Shown here one piece after another: positions 46,519 through 54,923 of a stretch of DNA of 64,000 nucleotides. This DNA comes from an uncultured Bacteroides sp. (GTDB lineage Bacteria > Bacteroidota > Bacteroidia > Bacteroidales > Bacteroidaceae): positions 1,380,000 through 1,443,999 of the forward strand of contig OZ223189.1 in the NCBI GenBank assembly GCA_965140335.1. Direction: 5' to 3'. The position numbers and the translations under genes were made by a program. Position 1 is the first letter of the stretch, and every line of letters begins with the position of its first letter. The notes beneath the pieces are model-generated. The model had not been told where the DNA came from. It ran no database searches and saw nothing but the letters and a program-made list of their open reading frames with translations.

Positions 46519-48411
46519 ATGAGAAAATGGCGTATTGAAGATTCAGAAGAGCTCTACAACATCACAGGATGGGGCACTTCGTACTTTGGTATTAATGACA
46601 AAGGTCATGTAGTGGTGACACCGCGCAAAGACGGCGTTGCAGTTGATTTGAAAGAACTGGTGGACGAGTTGCAGTTGCGTGATGTAGCAGCCCCCATGTT
46701 GGTTCGTTTCCCCGATATTTTGGATAACCGGATTGAAAAGACGGCGAGTTGTTTTAAACAAGCATCTGAAGAGTATGGGTATAAAGGGGAGAACTTCATT
46801 ATCTACCCTATTAAGGTCAATCAGATGCGTCCGGTTGTGGAGGAAATTATTAGCCATGGTAAGAAGTTTAATCTTGGCTTGGAGGCCGGATCCAAGCCAG
46901 AATTGCATGCTGTTATTGCGGTCAATACGGATTCCGATTCTTTGATTATCTGCAACGGATATAAGGACGAGAGTTACATTGAATTGGCCTTGTTAGCTCA
47001 AAAGATGGGCAAACGCGTTTTCCTTGTAGCCGAGAAGATGAACGAACTTAAACTGATTGCTAAGATGGCGAAGCAGCTGAATGTGACGCCGAATATAGGC
47101 ATTCGTATCAAGTTAGCTTCTTCAGGAAGTGGCAAATGGGAAGATTCTGGTGGGGATGCCAGTAAGTTTGGTTTGACATCCAGCGAATTGCTTGAGGCGC
47201 TTGATTTTCTTGATTCGAAAGGAATGAAAGACTGTCTTAAACTAATTCATTTCCATATCGGTAGTCAGGTGACTAAAATCCGTCGGATAAAGACGGCCTT
47301 GCGTGAAGCTTCACAATTTTATGTGCAATTGCATGAAATGGGATTCAAAGTCGAATTTGTTGATGTTGGTGGCGGACTGGGGGTTGATTACGACGGAACC
47401 CGTTCTTCAAGTAGCGAGAGCAGTGTGAATTATTCCATTCAGGAATATGTTAACGACTCAATTTCCACGTTGGTGGATGCAAGTGATAAGAATGGCATTC
47501 CCCATCCTAATATAATAACGGAAAGCGGGCGGGCGTTGACGGCTCATCACTCTGTATTGATTTTTGAGGTGCTCGAGACAACTACATTGCCCGAATGGGA
47601 TGATGAGGAGGCTGTGACCGAGAATGATCATGAGTTGCTTCAAGAGCTTTATGAAATATGGGATTCGCTCAATCAGAACAAGATGCTGGAAGCATGGCAT
47701 GATGCCCAGCAAATTCGTGAAGAGGCCCTTGATTTGTTCAGTCATGGCATTGTAGATCTGAAAACACGTGCACAGATAGAACGTTTGTACTGGTCTATCA
47801 TGCGTGAGGTGAATCAGATAGCCAGTGGTCTGAAGCATGCACCCGATGAGTTACGTGGATTGCCTAAACTACTGGCTGATAAATATTTTTGTAACTTTTC
47901 TTTATTTCAATCTTTACCTGATTCTTGGGCTATTGATCAGATATTTCCGATTCTGCCTATTCAACGGTTGGACGAACGGCCCGACAAGGCGGCTACTTTG
48001 CAGGATATCACTTGCGATTCAGACGGTAAGATAGCTAATTTTATTTCCACCAAGAATGTATCACACTACTTGCCTGTTCATTCTTTAAAGAGTAAAGAGC
48101 CTTATTACATAGGAGTCTTTTTGGTAGGGGCTTATCAAGAGATACTTGGGGATATGCACAATTTGTTTGGTGATACCAATGCCGTACATGTATCGGTCAA
48201 TGAGAAAGGGTATACTATCGATCAGGTGATCGACGGTGAAACCGTAGCGGAAGTTCTGGATTATGTGCAGTATAGTCCTAAGAAACTGGTACGTACATTG
48301 GAAACTTGGGTATCCAAATCGGTAAAAGAAGGAAAAATATCTTTGGAAGAAGGCAAGGAATTTTTGTCTAATTACCGTTCTGGATTATATGGATATACTT
48401 ATTTGGAATAA
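46519..48411 (+). CDS. speA: Biosynthetic arginine decarboxylase
   Basis: 630 aa. 'YPIKVNQ' PLP-lysine region, 'HFHIGSQ' and 'VDVGGGLGVDY'. Confidence 0.95.
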   Translation: MRKWRIEDSEELYNITGWGTSYFGINDKGHVVVTPRKDGVAVDLKELVDELQLRDVAAPMLVRFPDILDNRIEKTASCFKQASEEYGYKGENFIIYPIKVNQMRPVVEEIISHGKKFNLGLEAGSKPELHAVIAVNTDSDSLIICNGYKDESYIELALLAQKMGKRVFLVAEKMNELKLIAKMAKQLNVTPNIGIRIKLASSGSGKWEDSGGDASKFGLTSSELLEALDFLDSKGMKDCLKLIHFHIGSQVTKIRRIKTALREASQFYVQLHEMGFKVEFVDVGGGLGVDYDGTRSSSSESSVNYSIQEYVNDSISTLVDASDKNGIPHPNIITESGRALTAHHSVLIFEVLETTTLPEWDDEEAVTENDHELLQELYEIWDSLNQNKMLEAWHDAQQIREEALDLFSHGIVDLKTRAQIERLYWSIMREVNQIASGLKHAPDELRGLPKLLADKYFCNFSLFQSLPDSWAIDQIFPILPIQRLDERPDKAATLQDITCDSDGKIANFISTKNVSHYLPVHSLKSKEPYYIGVFLVGAYQEILGDMHNLFGDTNAVHVSVNEKGYTIDQVIDGETVAEVLDYVQYSPKKLVRTLETWVSKSVKEGKISLEEGKEFLSNYRSGLYGYTYLE

Positions 48412-48479
48412 ATCAACAACGAGCTGCAACCGGCAGGTGTCTTGTTCTGTTTTGTGCTCGTGACTAAATAGATTTGATT

Positions 48480-49253
48480 ATGAGAGAGAAACTGACAGTG
48501 ATAAAAGTGGGGGGCAAGATTGTAGAAGAGGAAGATAGTCTTCGTCAATTGTTGGATGATTTTTCGTCTATTGAAGGATATAAAGTTTTGGTGCATGGTG
48601 GTGGGCGGTCGGCTACAAAGTTGGCTGCCCGCTTGGGTATTGAGAGCCATATGGTCAATGGAAGGCGGGTTACTGATGCCGAGATGTTGGATGTTGTGAC
48701 CATGGTCTATGGTGGGTTGGTCAACAAGAATATTGTTGCCGGTCTGCAATCAAGAGGAGTTAATGCGCTTGGATTGACGGGGGCCGATATGGATGTGATC
48801 CACTCGGTTAAACGTCCGGTGAAGGATGTGGATTATGGTTTTGTTGGTGATGTGGAGCGGGTCAGTACTTTGCTCTTGGCGGATCTGATTCATAAAGGAG
48901 TGGTGCCTGTTATGGCTCCGCTGACACACGACGGGCAGGGGCACATGCTCAATACCAATGCCGATACGATTGCCGGGGAGACAGCCAAAGCATTAGCTTC
49001 ACTATTTGATATCACGCTGATTTACTGCTTTGAGAAAAAAGGAGTGCTTCGTGATGAGAATGATGATAATAGCGTGATTCCGCAGATTACTCCTGCCGAA
49101 TTTAAGCGATATGTTAGTAGCGGGGTGATACAAGGTGGCATGATACCTAAACTTGAGAACTCTTTCGATGCACTGAATGCTGGTGTTTCCAGAGTTGTAA
49201 TTACCTTGGCCTCAGCAATTAACGGGGACAATGGTACACTAATAAAAAAATAA
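48480..49253 (+). CDS. argB: Acetylglutamate kinase
   Basis: 'VIKVGGK', 'LVHGGG' and 'NTNADT'. ATG at 48480 (the ORF-track start at 48474 is a TTG). Confidence 0.92.
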   Translation: MREKLTVIKVGGKIVEEEDSLRQLLDDFSSIEGYKVLVHGGGRSATKLAARLGIESHMVNGRRVTDAEMLDVVTMVYGGLVNKNIVAGLQSRGVNALGLTGADMDVIHSVKRPVKDVDYGFVGDVERVSTLLLADLIHKGVVPVMAPLTHDGQGHMLNTNADTIAGETAKALASLFDITLIYCFEKKGVLRDENDDNSVIPQITPAEFKRYVSSGVIQGGMIPKLENSFDALNAGVSRVVITLASAINGDNGTLIKK

Positions 49254-49315
49254 TTTAAGGAAAAGTGGTGAATAGCTGTAACTTTCCAGATACTTAACCG
49301 TCATTATTTATAGAG

Positions 49316-49825
49316 ATGCAAGAAATCAGTTTTCGGAATGACATTCTCCCGTTGAAAGATAAACTTTTTCGATTGGCTTTGCGGATTACTTTCGACAGGG
49401 CAGAAGCGGAAGATGTTGTGCAGGAAACACTGATAAGGGTTTGGAATAAACGTGACGAGTGGTCCCGATGTGGATCGATAGAAGCTTATTGCTTGACTGT
49501 TGCAAAGAATTTGGCAATAGATCGTAGTGAAAAGAAAGAAGCTCAAAATCTGGAATTGACCCCTGAAATAGCACAGGAACCCGAAGCATTGAACCCTTAC
49601 GATCAGTTGATAGATAAGGAGCGCATGGCATTAATACATCATTTAGTGAATGAATTACCTGAGAAACAGCGCTTGATCATGCAACTGCGGGATATAGAGG
49701 GAAAAGCATATAAAGAAATTGCGGTTGTCCTACATTTGACGGAAGAACAAGTAAAAGTGAATCTGTTTAGGGCTCGGCAAAAAGTGAAACAACGGTATTT
49801 AGATATAGAAAATTATGGATTGTAA
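49316..49825 (+). CDS. ECF-type RNA polymerase sigma-70 factor
   Basis: Region 2 'AEDVVQETLIRVW' and region 4 'EKQRLIMQLRDIEGKAYKEIA'. Confidence 0.92.
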   Translation: MQEISFRNDILPLKDKLFRLALRITFDRAEAEDVVQETLIRVWNKRDEWSRCGSIEAYCLTVAKNLAIDRSEKKEAQNLELTPEIAQEPEALNPYDQLIDKERMALIHHLVNELPEKQRLIMQLRDIEGKAYKEIAVVLHLTEEQVKVNLFRARQKVKQRYLDIENYGL

Positions 49826-50300
49826 GCAAATAGAACAACTCTTAAATCGTTATTGGCGATGTGAGACTTCTCTTGAAGAAGAAGCGGAGTTGCGTACTTT
49901 CTTTAATGAAGGTAACGTTCCGCAACATTTGCTTCGTTATAAAGATCTGTTCGTGTATCAACAAGTTGAGCAACAGGTTTGCTTGGGAGAAGATTTTGAT
50001 GTGCGGGTGTTGGCCGAGGTGGAAGCCCCTGTTGTGAGAGCAAAGCGGCTGACATTGACTTTCCGTCTCATGCCTTTATTCAAAGCTGTTGCTGTATTGG
50101 CTATTATCTTTTCGTTAGGGAATGTGGCGCAGCGTTCGTTTCTGGGAGATGTGAAGGAAGTTGCCGCAGCCGATACAATTGGCAAACATATCTCTGCGCC
50201 TTCGGTGGCTTTATCGGGAGGAGATGTAACGGTGTCGCATGAACAACAGTTGTTGGATAGCCTTCATCGAATGAGAAAAGTCAAAGAACTGAAAAAATAG
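49815..50300 (+). CDS. Putative anti-sigma factor (single-pass membrane protein)
   Basis: 11-nt overlap with the sigma gene, a central TM segment 'LFKAVAVLAIIFSLG', and a size typical for Bacteroides ECF partners. No conserved domain recognised. Confidence 0.55.
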   Translation: MDCKQIEQLLNRYWRCETSLEEEAELRTFFNEGNVPQHLLRYKDLFVYQQVEQQVCLGEDFDVRVLAEVEAPVVRAKRLTLTFRLMPLFKAVAVLAIIFSLGNVAQRSFLGDVKEVAAADTIGKHISAPSVALSGGDVTVSHEQQLLDSLHRMRKVKELKK

Positions 50301-50433
50301 ATATAGATTACTTTTTAAAATAACATTTTCATTTGCTTAAATAAAATAGTTAGTGTGCTTTATTAAAACTACATTTTGAAGCTGCGAAGTTTCAATTCTC
50401 TCAAATTCTTATAAAAGACTAATTAATATAGAC

Positions 50434-50470
50434 GGGATGCTGCGCGATGCAGTGTCCCTTTTATTTGTTT
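50434..50470 (+). terminator. Rho-independent terminator, probably of the ECF sigma/anti-sigma operon
   Basis: GGGATGCTGC-GCGAT-GCAGTGTCCC (two G-T pairs) followed by TTTTATTTGTTT. Lies about 135 nt after the anti-sigma stop. Confidence 0.65.
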
Positions 50471-50500
50471 GCTTAAGTTTAGATTATCCAGGTGGGCGGA

Positions 50501-50552
50501 CTCTAAAACTAAACAGGAGGTCTTCGTTACGGAAACCTCCTGCTTTTGTTTG
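50501..50552. terminator. Bidirectional terminator downstream of the GIN-domain gene
   Basis: CAGGAGGT (50514-50521) pairs with ACCTCCTG (50535-50542). T-rich tracts follow in both orientations. Confidence 0.7.
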
Positions 50553-50607
50553 CACGCGTTAGAGTTAGAATACGTACCTGTTATTAAAAGAGAGAGTGTG
50601 ATTTGTA

Positions 50608-51471
50608 TTACAATTTATATAAATTTTTTTTTGGGTAATCTAATTTGGGTTCGCCTTTATAACCGATGCTTCCGCTTCCACTGGTCCGTGCTTTCAGAAA
50701 ATCGGTTGCATAACATTTAATATCTCCAGAGCCGGAAACATTTGCAGAAATATTCTTGACTTTGAAATCAGAGGCGAATAAATCTCCTGAACCTGCTACG
50801 CTGTAAGAAGCGTCTTGTGCCGTTCCCGTTAAGGTAGCGGAGCCGGAGCCGGCGACACGAGCTTCTACCTGAGTCGTAGTTATATCTTTTAAGCTGATGT
50901 CTCCTGATCCGCTAACGGAGCTTTTTAACTCTTGGCAAGTAATGTTATTTGCTTTTACATCTCCTGAGCCGGCAACGCTGATATCAAGCTTGCTGCATTC
51001 TATATCTTTTCCGTAGAAATCTCCTGAACCGGTAATGTTGACGGATAGATCATCATTGCTCTTAAGTCCTTTTTCCATATAAATGTCTCCTGAACCGGTG
51101 ACTGAAATTCCATTCAATGATTCGGAAGATATTCGTATTGCTAGTTTCTTATAAGAAACATTGATGTTCTTTTTAAATCCGATGTACAATGTGCTGTTTT
51201 CTACCTTTATATCCAGTAGGTCTACAATATTATCTGATGTATATACTTCCATATTAGCATGTCCCGGCTTTTGCGTATATGTAACGTCCGGGCTTCCTGT
51301 TACGCGGACTTTTGTAAAATTGCTTATCTTGATATCTTTCGTAACAAGATTATTACTGGCTACTATTCGTTTACCACCCCAGAAACTGGAATATACTTTT
51401 CCACCTTGGGAGCATGCACTTATACTGATTAATAGGGCAATGCTTGAGATGAATGCTGTAAAATTCTTCAT
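50608..51471 (-). CDS. Lipoprotein with head-GIN/DUF2807-type beta-helix repeats
   Basis: Lipobox 'SISAC'. Eight '(V/T)xGSG(D/S)' units spaced about 20 aa apart. Confidence 0.75.
   Translation of the reverse strand: MKNFTAFISSIALLISISACSQGGKVYSSFWGGKRIVASNNLVTKDIKISNFTKVRVTGSPDVTYTQKPGHANMEVYTSDNIVDLLDIKVENSTLYIGFKKNINVSYKKLAIRISSESLNGISVTGSGDIYMEKGLKSNDDLSVNITGSGDFYGKDIECSKLDISVAGSGDVKANNITCQELKSSVSGSGDISLKDITTTQVEARVAGSGSATLTGTAQDASYSVAGSGDLFASDFKVKNISANVSGSGDIKCYATDFLKARTSGSGSIGYKGEPKLDYPKKNLYKL
50668..51096 (-). repeat. Eight tandem ~20-aa (about 60-nt) beta-helix coding repeats, each carrying GSG(D/S)
   Basis: On the + strand the motif 'tctcctga(a/g/t)cc(g/t)g' recurs at roughly 60-nt spacing. 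The protein shows VTGSGD, ITGSGD, VAGSGD, VSGSGD, VAGSGS, VAGSGD, VSGSGD and TSGSGS. Confidence 0.85.
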
Positions 51472-51661
51472 AGTTCAATTAATTTATAATGATTTATATT
51501 TTTCCTGTTTGTTTATTAGACGTAAAGGGATGGCAAATCGTTGCATTTTCCTTCATTTTTTTACTTTTTAGTTTAAAAGGAAAGTTTCAATTCTTATGTC
51601 ATATAGTTAATGGCTTTGTAATTAGTCGTTTATAGTTTGCTGCTGTTGTTCATAATTGGAC

Positions 51662-52447
51662 ATGGTGTTCATTTCCGACCGCACTCTCTTGTTTGTTTCA
51701 AAGTTTATTTGTTCATTTGCCACTTTAGATCAATTTAAATTTATCATCTTGGAAAATAAATTGTTTGATGAGGAATTGGGATGTTTGCTGATTCTGTTTA
51801 ACAATAGGGCGCGTAGGCTTACTTTTAGGGTTCGTGAAGCTGCGATATATGTAACCGTTCCTCCTGGAACGACTTCCGAAGAGATTAAGAGAGCGATGGA
51901 GTTGTTACGCCCCAAACTTAAGAGGGCAAAAATGAATAAAGTTCCCTCTGTAATTGATTTGAATTATAGGATAAATACTGAGTTTTTTAAATTGAGTTTG
52001 GTGGTGGGCGAGCAGGAGCATTTTCTTTCTCGTAGGGAAGGGGATGTGCTGCAACTCATTTGTCCTGCGAATACTGATTTTGCTGACCCTCAATTGCAGG
52101 AATGGTTACATAAGGTTATAGGCGAGGCCTTGCGACGTACTGCAAGGGCCGTACTTCCTTCCCGTCTGGCAATGCTGGCAGAACGATATCATCTCTCTTA
52201 CCAGCGCGTACGAATTAATTCGAGTAGAGGAAGGTGGGGGAGTTGCTCTGCTTCGCGAAACATAAACCTATCTTATTATCTGATGTTGATTCCCTCGCAT
52301 TTGGTGGATTATGTGCTTTTGCATGAACTGGCTCATACCAAGGAAATGAATCATGGAACACAATTCTGGGAATTATTAGATTCGTTGACGGAGCAGAAAG
52401 CCCGGCAACTGAGAAAGGAACTGATGGACTATCATTTGAGTTTTTGA
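51662..52447 (+). CDS. YgjP-like (DUF45/M48-related) metal-dependent hydrolase
   Basis: 'WGSCS' and the zinc motif 'HELAHTKEMNH'. The start is uncertain: ATG at 51662, or in-frame TTG codons at 51749 and 51761. Confidence 0.75.
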   Translation: MVFISDRTLLFVSKFICSFATLDQFKFIILENKLFDEELGCLLILFNNRARRLTFRVREAAIYVTVPPGTTSEEIKRAMELLRPKLKRAKMNKVPSVIDLNYRINTEFFKLSLVVGEQEHFLSRREGDVLQLICPANTDFADPQLQEWLHKVIGEALRRTARAVLPSRLAMLAERYHLSYQRVRINSSRGRWGSCSASRNINLSYYLMLIPSHLVDYVLLHELAHTKEMNHGTQFWELLDSLTEQKARQLRKELMDYHLSF

Positions 52448-52481
52448 CCATCGGTTTGGCGCGGTCTTTAGATAAACACTC

Positions 52482-52886
52482 TTATTGGTCTCCTTGCGCT
52501 AACTGTTTGATTTTACCGCCATCTTTCTGAAATTTGTAAATCCCTCCTTTTTCGCTTAGCTGAAATAGAGATAATTTTTCTGTAACGTTATCCACTATCA
52601 TTAATGCGCTCTGTTTGGAGAAGCGTTTTACTGTAATACTCAAAGGCTCTTTTTCTATTTTCTTGTTGGTGAGAATGCTGTCATTGATCAATAGAGAGAT
52701 TGAATCTCCCAGAAAACCTTTTGTTAATGTAATAGTGTATGTTTCAATGAAGTGGCGGTCCGAAGCCTTTTCTCTTTGCAAACTCATGCTCATATAGACG
52801 AAGATTATAACTACGAAAATAACGGCAAAAGCAAGAATGCCATTACCTACCATGAATTGTTTGTTTGTATTGAGATGATTTGCCAT
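52482..52886 (-). CDS. Hypothetical single-pass membrane protein
   Basis: 134 aa. N-terminal TM 'GILAFAVIFVVIIFVYM'. -7 box at 52939-52946. No family recognised. Confidence 0.5.
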   Translation of the reverse strand: MANHLNTNKQFMVGNGILAFAVIFVVIIFVYMSMSLQREKASDRHFIETYTITLTKGFLGDSISLLINDSILTNKKIEKEPLSITVKRFSKQSALMIVDNVTEKLSLFQLSEKGGIYKFQKDGGKIKQLAQGDQ

Positions 52887-52933
52887 ATCCTTTAGACTTA
52901 ATGCTACGTTTTATGTTCTCTATTGAAATGTTT

Positions 52934-52982
52934 TATGGCAAAAGTAAGTAGAAGAATAGAAAGCAGCAAGTATTTTGCCATA
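52934..52982. repeat. 10-bp perfect inverted repeat with 29-nt spacer in the divergent promoter region
   Basis: TATGGCAAAA (52934-52943) pairs with TTTTGCCATA (52973-52982). The left arm overlaps the -7 box of the minus-strand gene. Confidence 0.8.
52939..52946 (-). promoter_or_regulatory. -7 motif (TACTTTTG) for the 52482-52886 gene
   Basis: Exact match, 53 nt upstream of the ATG at 52886. Confidence 0.4.
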
Positions 52983-53041
52983 TCTTCTTCTTGTCACAAT
53001 TCTTTTTCTTCCTAATATTTTGTAATCGAATAGATTATTTA

Positions 53042-53049
53042 TATCTTTG
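53042..53049 (+). promoter_or_regulatory. -7 motif (TATCTTTG) for the rimP-nusA-infB operon
   Basis: Exact match, 68 nt upstream of the rimP ATG at 53117. Confidence 0.5.
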
Positions 53050-53116
53050 CGACCGCAATGGATGAAAGGTGGGAGGGGCAATTAAGCTCCTTTTTTTATT
53101 CTTATATAGCGAATCA

Positions 53117-53584
53117 ATGATAGAAAAAAAAACCGTTTGCCAGATTGTTGATGAATGGCTGGAAGGAAAAGATTACTTTTTAGTGGAGGTAATCGTAAGT
53201 CAGGATGACAAAATTGTGGTGGAAATAGATCACAAGGAAGGCGTTTGGATTGAAGATTGTGTTGAGCTTAGTCGATATATTGAATCTAAGTTGAATCGGG
53301 AAGATGAAGATTATGAGTTGGAAGTTGGCTCTGCAGGCATTGGACAGCCGTTCAAAGTGTTAGAACAGTATTACAATCATGTAGGCGAAGGGGTTGAAGT
53401 GTTGACTAAGACAGGACACAAGATTAGTGGCGTTTTAAAAGAGGCTGATGAACGGGGTTTTGTTGTGACGGTACAGAAGAAAGTGAAACCGGAAGGTGCC
53501 AAGCGTCCTAAATTGATAGAAGCGGATGAATCCTTTTTGTATGATGAGATAAAATATACTAAATACTTAATTAGTTTTAAATAA
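53117..53584 (+). CDS. rimP: Ribosome maturation factor RimP
   Basis: 155 aa immediately upstream of nusA (2-nt gap). 'LEVGSAGIGQP' RimP motif. Confidence 0.88.
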   Translation: MIEKKTVCQIVDEWLEGKDYFLVEVIVSQDDKIVVEIDHKEGVWIEDCVELSRYIESKLNREDEDYELEVGSAGIGQPFKVLEQYYNHVGEGVEVLTKTGHKISGVLKEADERGFVVTVQKKVKPEGAKRPKLIEADESFLYDEIKYTKYLISFK

Positions 53585-53586
53585 TT

Positions 53587-54858
53587 ATGGCCAAGAAAGA
53601 AGAGACTATCAGTCTGATAGACACATTTTCGGAATTTAAGGAACTGAAAAATATCGATAGAACGACTATGGTAAGTGTACTTGAAGAGTCGTTTCGTAGC
53701 GTAATCGCGAAAATGTTTGGCACGGATGAAAATTATGATGTGATTGTGAATCCCGATAAGGGGGATTTTGAAATATGGCGGAATCGCGAAGTTGTGGCGG
53801 ATGAAGATATTACAAATCCAAACACTCAGGTTTCATTGACAGAGGCGCAAAAGATTGATGCCTCATATGAAGTGGGAGAGGAAGTGACGGATGAGGTGAA
53901 TTTTGCTAAGTTTGGCCGCCGCGCTATTTTGAATTTGCGTCAGACGTTAGCATCTAAGATTTTAGAGCTTGAAAAGGATAGTCTTTATAATAAATATATT
54001 GATAAGGTAGGAACAATCATTAATGCGGAAGTTTACCAAATATGGAAAAAAGAGATGCTTCTGCTTGATGATGAAGGGAATGAATTGTTGCTGCCTAAAA
54101 CAGAGCAGATTCCCAGTGACTTTTATCATAAGGGTGAAACTGCACGGGCTGTGGTTGCCCGCGTTGATAATAAGAATAACAACCCTAAGATTATTTTGTC
54201 GCGTATATCTCCGGTGTTTTTGCAACGTTTGTTTGAAATGGAAGTCCCTGAGATAAATGATGGACTTATTACAATAAAGAAGATTGCACGTATTCCTGGG
54301 GAACGCGCTAAGATAGCAGTGGAATCTTATGATGACCGTATAGATCCGGTAGGTGCTTGTGTCGGCGTAAAGGGTAGTCGTATTCATGGAATTGTCCGTG
54401 AGTTGCGTAATGAGAATATAGATGTCATTAATTATACATCGAATATACAGCTGTTCATTCAACGTGCGCTCAGCCCTGCCAAGATTTCCTCTATCCGCTT
54501 AAATGAAGCGGAACATAAGGCGGAAGTTTTTTTGAAGCCGGAAGAAGTGTCACTCGCTATCGGTAAAGGTGGCTTGAATATCAAGCTGGCTAGCATGTTA
54601 ACGGAATATACGATAGATGTTTTCCGTGAGTTGGATCAAGCAGTGGAAGATGAGGACATTTATTTGGATGAATTTAGAGATGAGATTGATGGTTGGGTAA
54701 TTGACTCCATCAAAGCTATTGGTATAGATACTGCAAAAGCAGTGCTGGCCGCTCCACGTGAAATGTTGATTGAAAAAGCCGATCTCGAAGAAGATACGGT
54801 TGATGAGGTGTTGCGTATTTTGAAATCGGAGTTTGAAGAAGAAGCTACGAGTGAATAG
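53587..54858 (+). CDS. nusA: Transcription termination/antitermination factor NusA
   Basis: S1 and tandem KH domains ('DPVGACVGVKGSRI', 'AIGKGGLNIKLA'). Confidence 0.96.
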   Translation: MAKKEETISLIDTFSEFKELKNIDRTTMVSVLEESFRSVIAKMFGTDENYDVIVNPDKGDFEIWRNREVVADEDITNPNTQVSLTEAQKIDASYEVGEEVTDEVNFAKFGRRAILNLRQTLASKILELEKDSLYNKYIDKVGTIINAEVYQIWKKEMLLLDDEGNELLLPKTEQIPSDFYHKGETARAVVARVDNKNNNPKIILSRISPVFLQRLFEMEVPEINDGLITIKKIARIPGERAKIAVESYDDRIDPVGACVGVKGSRIHGIVRELRNENIDVINYTSNIQLFIQRALSPAKISSIRLNEAEHKAEVFLKPEEVSLAIGKGGLNIKLASMLTEYTIDVFRELDQAVEDEDIYLDEFRDEIDGWVIDSIKAIGIDTAKAVLAAPREMLIEKADLEEDTVDEVLRILKSEFEEEATSE

Positions 54859-54923
54859 CATGGCTACTTTCTCGATGGGTTGGCACTAACTTCTTTCTCC
54901 ACATTATTCATTAAATTTTTAGT

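Noticed and set aside
50469-50720. 83-aa plus-strand ORF in the ECF/GIN intergenic region
   Set aside because: It begins at a non-ATG codon (TTG) just downstream of the stem-loop of one terminator, within its trailing U-tract. It then crosses the second terminator and ends antisense to the GIN-domain gene.
50668-51096. Regular ~60-nt periodic repeats that could superficially resemble a CRISPR or tandem-repeat array
   Set aside because: The repeats are in frame within an intact lipoprotein gene and encode GSG(D/S) beta-helix turns. The 'spacers' are coding and of similar composition.
53962-54462. 166-aa antisense ORF inside nusA. Similar cases are 17507-17950 (in the RND gene), 62283-62726 (in sufS), 43477-43896 (in msbA) and 28024-28437 (in pfkA).
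   Set aside because: All lie opposite strongly supported genes. They lack promoter boxes or domain signatures and have implausible composition.
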